A stretch of 24,000 bases of DNA from Gilliamella sp. B3022 (GTDB taxonomy: Bacteria > Pseudomonadota > Gammaproteobacteria > Enterobacterales > Orbaceae). The notes below the pieces were generated by a model. It was not told the origin of the DNA. It saw nothing but the letters and a program-made list of their open reading frames with translations, and made no database searches. Made by a program: the position numbers and the translations under genes. The number at the start of each line of letters is the position of its first letter. Position 1 is the first letter of the stretch. Of the stretch, positions 9,054-18,788 are shown piece after piece. Location: assembly GCF_028751545.1 (NCBI RefSeq), contig NZ_CP071867.1:755306-779305 (forward strand). Direction: 5' to 3'.

Positions 9054-9737
9054 CTATTGATTATCTAATTTATCTAAAATATTATTAATACGATACAAAT
9101 TTGAAGGATGAGATGTTGGATGCTCTGATGCATGAATGGGCATTTTAAATAACATATTTACCAAACCTCTTGGATCAATTTTTTCTTTTAATAACAGATT
9201 AAGAGCATACTCGTCAGCCTCAATTTCATACTTTTGAGCAATCTCTTGTTTTACAATGATAACAATTTCATTAGCTTTATCGGTAACTTCAATATACGGG
9301 GCTTGTCGAAATGATTGAATAGCATGGTTAAGTGCAATATGTCCTTGCTCATGCGCCAATACAGCTTGCAATTCATTATCCGTTAATAATTTCATTAATC
9401 CACTGTTCACTCGAACACAACCATTTGCTGTAGACCATGCATTAGGTTCAGTATTTAAATAGACTTTATAATTTACTTTTATGTTATGAATATTATTAGG
9501 CAATGTTTCAGCTATTTTAGTTAACCGTTTACTTAAAGCATGATGATTAGCTGCAATCGTTGCCTTATTATCCATTTCATTACACGCTTGCTTGCTAATT
9601 GCTAGAATATCTTGTTCAGATAAAATTTTTACTGCTTCAGATGGTATGCGTTTAGGCATACAATATTTTCTGTTATTTTGACATGCGGTCGACAAAAATA
9701 TTAATGATAATAAAAATAACAATATCACATAATTCAC
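9054..9737 (-). CDS. Second M48-family zinc metallopeptidase lipoprotein (YcaL paralog)
   Basis: 227 aa. Signal peptide with LSTAC lipobox-like cysteine, Gln at +2. NYKVYLNTEPNAWSTANGCVRVNSGLMKLLTDNELQAVLAHEQGHIALNH (HExxH) and a downstream EIEADEYA motif parallel the 6973-7728 protein. The GTG start at 9737 has no clear SD, so the start is uncertain. Confidence 0.8.
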   Translation of the reverse strand: MNYVILLFLLSLIFLSTACQNNRKYCMPKRIPSEAVKILSEQDILAISKQACNEMDNKATIAANHHALSKRLTKIAETLPNNIHNIKVNYKVYLNTEPNAWSTANGCVRVNSGLMKLLTDNELQAVLAHEQGHIALNHAIQSFRQAPYIEVTDKANEIVIIVKQEIAQKYEIEADEYALNLLLKEKIDPRGLVNMLFKMPIHASEHPTSHPSNLYRINNILDKLDNQ

Positions 9738-9871
9738 AATTCTAAAAATCCCATCAAAAGTTGTTAATTCAAGTCAAGCACGATAAACTAGGCATCGCAA
9801 TGTAATAATACACAACGCATTATATCAATAATACGCGCCAAACTGTTTATTTGGTCGCAAGAGGTAAATAA

Positions 9872-11020
<1,149 letters not shown>

Positions 11021-11040
11021 CATATTTTTTTAGGTAAGTA

Positions 11041-11069
11041 TTGACACTTTTTTGTTAGCGCAGTATTAT
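11041..11069 (+). promoter_or_regulatory. Near-consensus sigma70 promoter of tRNA-Pro
   Basis: TTGACA (11041-11046), an exactly 17-nt spacer, then TATTAT (11064-11069), followed by the GC-rich discriminator gcgcttcc. The mature tRNA 5' end lies 12 nt downstream. This architecture is typical of stable-RNA promoters under stringent control. Confidence 0.7.
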
Positions 11070-11080
11070 GCGCTTCCTAA

Positions 11081-11157
11081 CGGCGAGTAGCGCAGCTTGG
11101 TAGCGCAACTGGTTTGGGACCAGTGGGTCGGAGGTTCGAATCCTCTCTCGCCGACCA
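11081..11157 (+). tRNA. proM: tRNA-Pro (anticodon UGG), CCA encoded
   Basis: CGGCGAGTAGCGCAGCTTGGTAGCGCAACTGGTTTGGGACCAGTGGGTCGGAGGTTCGAATCCTCTCTCGCCGACCA. Cloverleaf features: acceptor CGGCGAG/CTCGCCG, anticodon stem ACTGG/CCAGT with loop TTTGGGA (anticodon TGG), T-arm GGAGG-TTCGAAT-CCTCT. It matches E. coli proM as I recall it. Confidence 0.97.
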
Positions 11158-11172
11158 ATTTCAAATAAAAAA

Positions 11173-11197
11173 GCCTACTCAGTAAGTGGGCTTTTTT
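11173..11197 (+). terminator. Rho-independent terminator of the tRNA-Pro unit
   Basis: GCCTACT-cagta-AGTGGGC forms a 7-bp stem with one G-U pair on the plus-strand RNA, followed by TTTTTT. An A-run precedes it. Confidence 0.75.
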
Positions 11198-11283
11198 ATT
11201 ATCTGTATTTTGACAGGATGAGAACTGATTAGAGGTTCGAGTCGAGTGTAATATAATTTAAATCATCTATCTTATAAAACTAG

Positions 11284-12315
11284 TTAAACACTAGCCCGCA
11301 ATCGAATGACTGGAGCTAATTCGGACAAATCTGTTTTTTCTGATGCTTTTTTATTCTTCAAACTATCTAATAACAAAGTGGCCGTATATTCACCGATCTT
11401 TTTATATGGTAAAGCGATGGTTGTTAATGCAGGAAAACTCACTTGGCTGAACTCATTATCACCAAAACCACTTACCGCTAACTGATGAGGTACTCGAATA
11501 TGACGACGTTGGCATTCATACAGGACACCACAAGCTAATTCATCGGAAGTACAAATTAATGCGTCCAATTCTGGCCAATTTAATAACATATCGGGTAATA
11601 ACTCACTTCCAGTGCTAAAATTAGCTGGTTTAGCGGCATTAATAATTCGATACGTAGGAAGATGATAGACCAACATTGCTTTATGCCATCCGTGTAAACG
11701 CTGTTGAAAAATTTGATATTCTTGGTTAGCACAAAGTAAACCAATGTATTGATAACCTTTTTTAATTACATGTTCAGTTAGCATATACATAGCCAAACTG
11801 TCATCTATTCCAATATTTATATTGGTTAATCCGTCATAATTCTTACCAATATTCAAAATAGGAACAATTTTATTTTTCAAAATCTGCTTAACAAAACCTT
11901 CATCTTCAAATTGGAATAGTAAAATTGCTTCAAGATTGTGACTATATATAGCATCTAACATTTGTGATTCAAATTTGTAATAATGATAAGATTCAATGAT
12001 TAAGGTTGTATACCCCGCTTTTGCTAAGTGTGTTTGAAGCGAATTTAACCATAGTTGAGCTGAATGATCATATATTTTAGTCGTGATAACAGCAATAACT
12101 CGATTCGCTGATGCGGAAGCTAACAAACTTGCTGCAATATTGGGTTTATATCCTAACGTATCAACAGCAATTTGAATTTTTTGGCGAAGTTTATCTGAAA
12201 CTCGATCTGGGGTTCGTAAAGCTCTGGATACGGTCATTGTTCCGACACCTGCATATTTAGCAACATCAAACAAAGTAATTTGTCCCGTTGTTTTACGCTT
12301 CTTTATTTCTTGCAT
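11284..12315 (-). CDS. LacI/GalR-family transcriptional repressor (GntR/IdnR-like)
   Basis: 343 aa. The N-terminal HTH ITLFDVAKYAGVGTMTVSRALRTPDRVSDKLRQKIQIAVDTLGYKPNIAASLLAS is followed by a periplasmic-binding-protein-like sugar-binding core. It is divergent from the ascorbate-family PTS operon. Confidence 0.9.
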   Translation of the reverse strand: MQEIKKRKTTGQITLFDVAKYAGVGTMTVSRALRTPDRVSDKLRQKIQIAVDTLGYKPNIAASLLASASANRVIAVITTKIYDHSAQLWLNSLQTHLAKAGYTTLIIESYHYYKFESQMLDAIYSHNLEAILLFQFEDEGFVKQILKNKIVPILNIGKNYDGLTNINIGIDDSLAMYMLTEHVIKKGYQYIGLLCANQEYQIFQQRLHGWHKAMLVYHLPTYRIINAAKPANFSTGSELLPDMLLNWPELDALICTSDELACGVLYECQRRHIRVPHQLAVSGFGDNEFSQVSFPALTTIALPYKKIGEYTATLLLDSLKNKKASEKTDLSELAPVIRLRASV

Positions 12316-12500
12316 CTTTTATTCCGATTGAATTTAATCTAAACTTTTACTAATAAATGTTATATTAATGACAGCAAAACACGAAAAATAGACAGCATAT
12401 AATCAATAATATATAAGTGTGATAGCTTCATTTGAACTCACTCTGATTTACATAATACTATTACGTCTAAATAACTATTTTATGTTCGTCGTATTAAAAA

Positions 12501-12516
12501 TGTTATCTCCATCACA
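12501..12516. promoter_or_regulatory. CRP-like binding site
   Basis: TGTTAtctccaTCACA compared with the consensus TGTGA-N6-TCACA has one mismatch and lies in an A-rich context. It sits in the divergent LacI/PTS intergenic region. Confidence 0.4.
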
Positions 12517-12541
12517 AAATAAGAAAAATTTTCATCAACTT

Positions 12542-12555
12542 TGATAGCGCTATCA
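12542..12555. promoter_or_regulatory. Perfect 14-bp palindrome, candidate LacI-family operator
   Basis: TGATAGCGCTATCA is its own reverse complement and has the central CG typical of LacI/GalR operators. It lies 89 nt upstream of the EIIA start. An isolated half-site TGATAGC recurs at 12420-12426, nearer the regulator gene. Confidence 0.6.
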
Positions 12556-12643
12556 CATTTCTATTTTTTTTTTATTTCTATTCTTATTTAGTATGTTAGT
12601 TTTTAAAGTAACTATTATTGATATCGGTTTTAATGGAGGAAAA

Positions 12644-13087
12644 ATGTTAGGTAAATGGTTAACCAGCCAAGCAGTCAACATTGTCGATTCTGTTCAAGAT
12701 TGGAAAGAAGCGATACAAATTTGTGCAAAACCATTATTAGAAAATAATGCCATTTCACCCAATTATGTCCAAGCAATTATTCAATTGCATGAATCAATTG
12801 GACCTTACTACGTATTGGCGCCTGGCATTGCCATGCCACATGCCAGACCGGAGCAAGGTGTCAATCAATTAGGGTTATCTATGCTATTGGTCAAACAAGG
12901 AGTGAAATTCAATTCAACAGAAAATGACCCCGTATATTTAATTACTTTGTTAGCCGCTAGTGACAGTACAAGCCATATTGAAATATTAACTCAATTAGCT
13001 GGTCTGTTTAGTGAATCAAACGATATGCAGACAATTTTTAAGGCACAAAACAGTGATCAAATTTTGGCTGTAATCAATCGCTATTAA
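12644..13087 (+). CDS. PTS EIIA component, ascorbate-family (UlaC/SgaA-like, EIIA_2 domain)
   Basis: MLGKWLTSQAVNIVDSVQDWKEAIQICAKPLL..GPYYVLAPGIAMPHARPEQGV parallels E. coli UlaC (..[21 protein letters not shown]). The start is set at ATG 12644 because GGAGGA lies 3 nt upstream; the ORF-track start at 12593 is an unsupported extension. Confidence 0.88.
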   Translation: MLGKWLTSQAVNIVDSVQDWKEAIQICAKPLLENNAISPNYVQAIIQLHESIGPYYVLAPGIAMPHARPEQGVNQLGLSMLLVKQGVKFNSTENDPVYLITLLAASDSTSHIEILTQLAGLFSESNDMQTIFKAQNSDQILAVINRY

Positions 13088-13118
13088 ATTTAATAACATT
13101 AAGAAAGGGATAAATAAA

Positions 13119-13391
13119 ATGAAAATTATGGCAGTTTGTGGTTCAGGTCTTGGTAGCAGTTTTATGGTTGAAATGAATATCAAAAAAGTTCTAAAAAAAT
13201 TAAGTATTGAAGCAGAAGTAACACATGCAGATCTTGCCTCAGCAACACCTGAACAGGCTGATGTATTTGTTATGACCAAAGATTTAGCAGACAGCTCTGG
13301 CATTCCTAGTAATAAACTTGTGGTTCTAAATAATATAATTGATATCAATGATTTGGAATCCAAGCTCGTTGAACATTTTGCTAAGCAATAA
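13119..13391 (+). CDS. PTS EIIB component, ascorbate-family (UlaB/SgaB-like)
   Basis: 90 aa. MKIMAVCGSGLGSSFMVEMNIKKVL carries the AVCGxGxGSS phospho-Cys motif seen in UlaB. Confidence 0.9.
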   Translation: MKIMAVCGSGLGSSFMVEMNIKKVLKKLSIEAEVTHADLASATPEQADVFVMTKDLADSSGIPSNKLVVLNNIIDINDLESKLVEHFAKQ

Positions 13392-13411
13392 TCAGATAAT
13401 GAGGTGTTGCG

Positions 13412-14773
13412 ATGATTCAAGAAGTTGTTAAATTTATCGTTGATATTTTAAAAGTACCTGCTGTGTTAGTTGGCATGATTGCTATGGTTGGGTTAATCGC
13501 CCAACGCAAATCATTTGCTGATACGGTAAAAGGAACGGTTAAAACGATTTTAGGATTTTTAGTTTTAGGCGGTGGTGCAAGCGTACTCATCAGTGCAATT
13601 ACACCCTTAGGCATGATGTTTGAGCAAGCCTTTAAATTACAAGGCATCATTCCTAATAATGAAGCAATTGTATCGATGGCATTAAATGAATATGGAGCAG
13701 CAACAGCATTGATTATGGCTTTTGGGATGATTGCGAATATTGTTGTTGCGCGTTTTACATGTTTAAAATTTATCTTTCTAACTGGGCATCATACATTTTA
13801 TATGGCGTGTATGATCAGCATTATTCTAACTGTTGCAGGTTTTGAAGGATGGCAATTAGTCTTTACTGGAGCATTAGTACTAGGGTTAATAATGGCATTT
13901 TTCCCTGCGATAGCTCAACCTTATATGTGTAAAATTACAGGTAATAATGATGTTGGATTTGGTCACTTTGGTACCTTAGGTTATGTATTAGCGGGAGCGT
14001 TTGGTCAAGTCGTAGGTAAAAACTCTCGATCAACAGAAGAGATGAATTTACCTAAAAATCTCAGTTTTTTACGTGATAGCTCAATTTCAATCTCATTAAC
14101 AATGATGATTATCTATTTAATTCTTGCCATTTTTGCAGGACCTGATTATATCCAAACAACATTAAGTAATGGTGATAATTACCTCGTTTATGCAATTATC
14201 GAAGCAATTACCTTTGCAGCTGGTGTATTTATTATTCTACAAGGCGTACGCTTAATTCTTGCTGAAATTGTCCCTGCATTTACAGGTTTTTCAGAAAAAC
14301 TTGTGCCAAATGCCAAACCAGCTTTAGATTGTCCAGTTGTTTTCCCATATGCACCTAATGCCGTATTAATTGGTTTTTTATTTAGTTTCCTTGGTGGATT
14401 AGTTGGTCTATTTGTATTAGGTCAGTTAAATGCTGTATTAATTCTACCTGGCGTGGTTCCTCATTTCTTCTGTGGCGCAACGGCAGGTGTCTTCGGTAAT
14501 GCAATGGGCGGACGTCGAGGTGCTATACTTGGTGCATTTGCTAACGGTTTATTAGTCACATTTTTACCGGTACTTTTATTACCTGTTTTAGGTTCACTTG
14601 GTTTTGCAAATACGACTTTCTCAGATGTTGATTTCTGTGGAATTGGTATTATCTTGGGTAATATGGCTAAATGGTTCAATAAAGACATAATAATGGTGAT
14701 TATTATTGCTATCTTTACGCTATTGGTCATCCACAATTACTTGTTTAACCATAAAAGAACCGCAAATGATTAA
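13412..14773 (+). CDS. PTS EIIC permease, ascorbate-family (UlaA/SgaT family), substrate unknown
   Basis: 453-aa polytopic protein. ..LIAQRKSFADTVKGTVKTILGFLVLGGGASVL.. and ..FIILQGVRLILAEIVPAFTGFSEKLVPNAKPALDC.. parallel E. coli UlaA (..[30 protein letters not shown]..). GAGGTG SD upstream. Confidence 0.9.
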   Translation: MIQEVVKFIVDILKVPAVLVGMIAMVGLIAQRKSFADTVKGTVKTILGFLVLGGGASVLISAITPLGMMFEQAFKLQGIIPNNEAIVSMALNEYGAATALIMAFGMIANIVVARFTCLKFIFLTGHHTFYMACMISIILTVAGFEGWQLVFTGALVLGLIMAFFPAIAQPYMCKITGNNDVGFGHFGTLGYVLAGAFGQVVGKNSRSTEEMNLPKNLSFLRDSSISISLTMMIIYLILAIFAGPDYIQTTLSNGDNYLVYAIIEAITFAAGVFIILQGVRLILAEIVPAFTGFSEKLVPNAKPALDCPVVFPYAPNAVLIGFLFSFLGGLVGLFVLGQLNAVLILPGVVPHFFCGATAGVFGNAMGGRRGAILGAFANGLLVTFLPVLLLPVLGSLGFANTTFSDVDFCGIGIILGNMAKWFNKDIIMVIIIAIFTLLVIHNYLFNHKRTAND

Positions 14774-14814
14774 AGCGTAAAAGTTTCTAATTAATACAAG
14801 ATAACAATTCAATG

Positions 14815-14843
14815 ACCAGATCAAATGGTCTGGTAGGTTTTTA
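14815..14843 (+). terminator. Candidate terminator of the ascorbate-family PTS operon
   Basis: ACCAGA-tcaaatgg-TCTGGT forms a 6-bp stem, followed by aggTTTTTa. It lies about 40 nt after the EIIC stop. Confidence 0.45.
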
Positions 14844-14956
14844 TAAGTACAGTAACAGCACAATTAAAATTACAACTCATGAACTAACTTATATTTATAT
14901 CATTCTTTAATTTGTGTTAATAAAAAATTGATTGTACTCTTTTAAAGGAATCGTTA

Positions 14957-15508
14957 ATGACAAATCCCAATCAACAAGGCATCTTTGTCAATGAGCATAT
15001 TCACTTAGTCCCACCAGATCGACGATACTCGACAAAGTTATACAATATTATTGATGTAAACCGTGATAATTTTAGTCAATATATGGCATGGACGAAGTTT
15101 GTCAGTAATGAAACAGACACATCAAATTTCTTAGATAATTGTACAATTGAACATCAAATAGATCTCACCAAAACTTATCTAATTTTACTGGATAATAACC
15201 TCGTCGGTTTACTGTCTTTCAATCAGATAGATAAAAACAATAAAACCGCTTATATTGGTTATTGGCTCGATAAACGAACAGAAGGTAAAGGTATTATGAC
15301 TCAAGCCATTCAAGCTCTTACTCATCACTATGCATCACAAAAAATAATTAAACGATTTGTTATCAAATGCTCTGTAGATAATCCAAAAAGTAATGCTGTT
15401 GCAAAACGATGCGGTTTTAGCTATGAAGGCACACTTAAACAGGCGGAATACTTAAATGGAATTTATCATGATCAAAATATTTATGGTCTAATTTCAACGT
15501 ACCTTTAA
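14957..15508 (+). CDS. rimL: Ribosomal-protein L7/L12-serine N-acetyltransferase (GNAT family, RimL-like)
   Basis: 183 aa. LLSFNQIDKNNKTAYIGYWLDKRTEGKGIMTQAIQALTHHYASQKIIKRFVIKCSVDNPKSNAVAKRCGFSYEGTLKQAEYLNGIYHDQNIYG is collinear with E. coli RimL (VLSFNRIEPLNKTAEIGYWLDESHQGQGIISQALQALIHHYA..RFVIKCRVDNPQSN..). Confidence 0.85.
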   Translation: MTNPNQQGIFVNEHIHLVPPDRRYSTKLYNIIDVNRDNFSQYMAWTKFVSNETDTSNFLDNCTIEHQIDLTKTYLILLDNNLVGLLSFNQIDKNNKTAYIGYWLDKRTEGKGIMTQAIQALTHHYASQKIIKRFVIKCSVDNPKSNAVAKRCGFSYEGTLKQAEYLNGIYHDQNIYGLISTYL

Positions 15509-15532
15509 AATTATCACGATGAAATTATGCAC

Positions 15533-15559
15533 AAAAAAACCGACTAATGTCGGTTTTTT
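15533..15559. terminator. Bidirectional rho-independent terminator between convergent rimL and the permease gene
   Basis: AAAAAAA-CCGAC-taat-GTCGG-TTTTTT has a perfect stem flanked by an A-run and a T-run, so it reads as a terminator on both strands. Confidence 0.8.
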
Positions 15560-15613
15560 ATTTCTATCATTTTTAAATAACCTATCTCACGATAAGCTTT
15601 ATACATTCAATAA

Positions 15614-17062
15614 TTATCTACTAACCACATTACCATAAAGAGCTAACAGAGCAACGATAATCATTGCAGAAATGGCGATAATATATTGCATTTTCACTTT
15701 GTATTTCTTCATTTTACCAAGCGAAAGCTCTTTATTCTGATTCTTTCTATGGTAATAATAATATAAAGGTAAACCAATTAATGTCAGAATGATGGACGCA
15801 ATGCCATTAAAGGTTTGATAAACAAGCATACCATAAATAACATACATAGCACCCAATATAGCTATAATCGGAATAATTGGATAACCAATTACTTTATAAG
15901 ATCTTGGAACATTAGCATACTTTTTACGGGCAATGATAACACCGATAAATGTTAATAAATAAAATACCCAAATTGAAAACATCGAGATTTCCGATAAACG
16001 ATCTGCATCAAGCAAGATCGAATATAAAAAAGAAAATATCACTAATACACATATAGCATTAACCGGTGAGCGGCTATCATCATCAATTGTACTTAAATAA
16101 CGTGCACCAATGATGGTTCCTCGTTCTGCCATACTAAAAATAGTACGAGATAACGTCATAATATAACCATTAATTCCTCCTAAAATTGAGATCATAATGC
16201 CAACAGCAACTAAATTACCACCTAAATGGCCAAACATACGTTGTGAAGCAACAGCCGATGCATCATGACCGAGTGATACCATTTCTTGTACAGGAAAAAT
16301 TTTAAATAATGCAATATTGATGCAAGCATAAACAATAACTAAAAATATAATACCCAAAATGATTGCTTTAGGTAACACTTTTGCAGGGTTATGAATTTCA
16401 CCAGCAACCGAGGCTACTTGAGCCCAGCCATCATAAGCAAATAAAGTGGCCAAAATCGCTACAGCAAACGGAGCATAAGTTTCAATACCTTGACCACTAG
16501 TACTAAATAATGCGACTTGACCATTGCCTTTCAATAGTCCAAATACCGCTAATAATAAAATAGGAATAAGCTTACAAACAGTAGCAATCGTTTGCAGATA
16601 ACCGGCTTGTTTCACGCCAATAGCATTAATAACAGCAATAAAACCTAAAACACCAGCACTGACCGCCATTTTAAAAGAATCATCTATGCCAAATAACAGA
16701 CAAAATACCGAACTAAAATACCCCACCAATGCGCCAACTAATGACGGAGCAAAAAGCACCGTAATCATCCAACCATAAAGATGGGAAACTTTTGAGCCAT
16801 AAATTTTTTCCAAATAAACCAGCATACCACCTGTACGTGGAAACATAACACCCAATTCACAAAGTGTTAATCCACCACAAATAGAAAAAACACCACCAAT
16901 AATCCACGCTAATAATGCATAGTTATAATCACCAGCAACTTCTAATACGGCAGGTGGTTTCATAAATGCACCTGCCCCTAAAACCATACCAACCACCAGT
17001 GACAATGCAGAAACTAAACCAAGATCTTTCCGTAAATTATTTTCTAAATTGTGATCTTCCAT
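15614..17062 (-). CDS. APC-superfamily amino-acid permease (LAT family, SteT-like exchanger)
   Basis: MEDHNLENNLRKDLGLVSALSLVVGMVLGAGAFMKPPAVL.. and ..ATLFAYDGWAQVASVAGEIHNPAKVLPKA.. parallel B. subtilis SteT as I recall it. The start is set at ATG 17062 (AGAGGA 5 nt upstream) rather than 17125. An extra hydrophobic C-terminal segment (YIIAISAMIIVALLALYG) follows the canonical core. Confidence 0.85.
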   Translation of the reverse strand: MEDHNLENNLRKDLGLVSALSLVVGMVLGAGAFMKPPAVLEVAGDYNYALLAWIIGGVFSICGGLTLCELGVMFPRTGGMLVYLEKIYGSKVSHLYGWMITVLFAPSLVGALVGYFSSVFCLLFGIDDSFKMAVSAGVLGFIAVINAIGVKQAGYLQTIATVCKLIPILLLAVFGLLKGNGQVALFSTSGQGIETYAPFAVAILATLFAYDGWAQVASVAGEIHNPAKVLPKAIILGIIFLVIVYACINIALFKIFPVQEMVSLGHDASAVASQRMFGHLGGNLVAVGIMISILGGINGYIMTLSRTIFSMAERGTIIGARYLSTIDDDSRSPVNAICVLVIFSFLYSILLDADRLSEISMFSIWVFYLLTFIGVIIARKKYANVPRSYKVIGYPIIPIIAILGAMYVIYGMLVYQTFNGIASIILTLIGLPLYYYYHRKNQNKELSLGKMKKYKVKMQYIIAISAMIIVALLALYGNVVSR

Positions 17063-17200
17063 ACAGGTCCTCTTAAAACATATTAAATTAGCGAGCAAAA
17101 TAGATTTATGATAGGGATTTATCAATAAAATACAAGAAAGATTAATATTATTGATAGTAAAAGTCGCGAAAGTAAAATGAATAAATCAATATTTAGTCAA

Positions 17201-17229
17201 GAAAAAAGCCGGCATCAAGCCAGCTTTTA
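17201..17229 (-). terminator. Rho-independent terminator of adhP
   Basis: The minus-strand RNA reads AGCUGGC-uugau-GCCGGCU followed by UUUUUU. The one non-Watson-Crick pair is G-U on the minus strand but C-A on the plus strand, which favours the minus orientation. It lies 29 nt after the adhP stop. Confidence 0.7.
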
Positions 17230-17257
17230 TTCTTTTTCAACTTAAATAGAAAAACGA

Positions 17258-18292
17258 TCAGCTCTGTTTTTTCATTTTCATATCAACAACCATACGACCG
17301 CGAATTTTACCTTCTCTCATTTCATTAATCATTTCGTTGATGTCTTCAAATGGACGCTTTTCAACTATTGGTACAACTTTACCTTCAGCACTAAATTGGA
17401 ATGCTTCAGCTAAATCTTCACGCGTACCAACCAAAGAACCTAAAATTTGAATCCCATCTAATACCGTTTTAGGAATACTTAAATCCATAGTTTCAGAAGG
17501 TAAACCTAAAGCGACCACTCTACCTAAAGGACGAACAGACTCAATTGCTTGATTAAAGGCTGTTTTAGTGACCGATGTCACTACCGCACCATGCACACCT
17601 CCACCCGTATGTTTTTTAATATAAGCACCAACATCAGTTACTTTTTTCGGATTGACAATTAAGTCAGCACCCAGTTCTTTACATAGTTCTAACTGGCTGT
17701 CACTATTACTAATCGCCACCACTTTATTGTTGAATACTTTTTTGCCATATTCAACTGCCAAGGTGCCTAAACCACCAATACCAAATACCGCAAGCCATTG
17801 CCCCGGTTTGGTGTCTGCAACTTTAATACCTTTGTAAGTTGTTACTCCTGCACAAGTTATACTGGTTGCTTGAGCTGGATCTAATCCTTCTGGCACTTTA
17901 ACAGCGTAATCCGCTTTTACAATACACTGTTCTGCCATACCACCATCAACACTGTATCCAGAATTTAAAGCACTACGGCAAAAGGTTTCTTGACCTGAAA
18001 TACAATACTCACACGAACCACAGCCAGCATGGAACCAAGCAATACTGACACGATCACCTATTTTTAAGCTTTTTACATCTGGAGCAATTTTAGTCACGAT
18101 CCCTACTCCCTCATGTCCAATAACACGACCTGGTTTTTTACCAAAATCACCTGCCGCGACATGAAGATCGGTATGACAAAGGCCACAATATTCAACTTCA
18201 ACTAAAGCTTCACCTGCTTCTAATGGACGCAGTGGAATATCTTTAATTTCAACTTGACCATCGCACTCTTGTCTAACAACTGCTGCCTTCAT
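17258..18292 (-). CDS. adhP: Zinc-dependent alcohol dehydrogenase, propanol-preferring type
   Basis: 344 aa. [26 protein letters not shown] and [21 protein letters not shown] (structural zinc cysteines) are present. ..[37 protein letters not shown].. is collinear with E. coli AdhP. AGGAGA SD upstream. Confidence 0.92.
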   Translation of the reverse strand: MKAAVVRQECDGQVEIKDIPLRPLEAGEALVEVEYCGLCHTDLHVAAGDFGKKPGRVIGHEGVGIVTKIAPDVKSLKIGDRVSIAWFHAGCGSCEYCISGQETFCRSALNSGYSVDGGMAEQCIVKADYAVKVPEGLDPAQATSITCAGVTTYKGIKVADTKPGQWLAVFGIGGLGTLAVEYGKKVFNNKVVAISNSDSQLELCKELGADLIVNPKKVTDVGAYIKKHTGGGVHGAVVTSVTKTAFNQAIESVRPLGRVVALGLPSETMDLSIPKTVLDGIQILGSLVGTREDLAEAFQFSAEGKVVPIVEKRPFEDINEMINEMREGKIRGRMVVDMKMKKQS

Positions 18293-18739
18293 TTTTTTCT
18301 CCTACATAATTTGAAAATACAATATAACTGAGTTTATTTTATCCTAACCATGCTGAAAAAAAATGAGTTATTTCACAAAATTATTAAAAACATTGAATAT
18401 TTAATAATCCTAATTGAAACGTATATCTAACCTCAAACATATTGACAAACAATAGCGAAATATTTCAAAAAAACGTGTTTAAATTAGATTTTGATAATTT
18501 GGTTAGTTTTTTATTTTTTTGTTCTCTATTGAATAAAAAAGCATACTTATAAACTTAATTAAACTTAGCCAAATAAATGGATAACAAAAGTATTTTCACG
18601 ATCAATAATCCTAATTTTAACTTTGCATTCATATCATGAAATTTAACGCCAGTTAACAACGTATTAAGATATTTTGAAAGATTCTGTCAGGAAAAGAATG
18701 GACGATCATGGGCAGGAAAAAATGTTTATATACCTTAAA

Positions 18740-18763
18740 GGAACGAGTCTAAATACTCGCTCC
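18740..18763 (-). terminator. Imperfect hairpin just after the MFS gene stop (possible terminator)
   Basis: GGAACGAGT-ctaaat-ACTCGCTCC forms a 9-bp stem with one mismatch. Only a short T-run follows on the minus strand. Confidence 0.3.
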
Positions 18764-18788
18764 TTATTTAAGTTTAACACAATGATTA

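Noticed and set aside
8873-9088. Small intergenic or overlapping ORFs at 8873-9088 (+), 18674-18868 (+) and 20080-20265 (+).
   Set aside because: Each starts inside or runs into a neighbouring real gene on the other strand or frame. They lack SDs and translate to AT-driven low-complexity sequence.
11232-11240. GAGGTTCGA, a tRNA T-arm-like 9-mer identical to part of the tRNA-Pro T-arm, about 100 bp downstream of the tRNA. It could be an att-site or tRNA remnant marking an island boundary.
   Set aside because: Only 9 nt match, and the flanks do not form a T-stem or continue the tRNA 3' end. No integrase or other mobile gene is nearby, and the next gene is an ordinary LacI-family regulator.
12418-12433. 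TGTGATAGCTTCATTT as a second CRP site in the LacI/PTS intergenic region.
   Set aside because: Only the TGTGA half fits, and the second half (CATTT) does not resemble TCACA. The match is better explained as a half-site of the TGATAGC operator motif.
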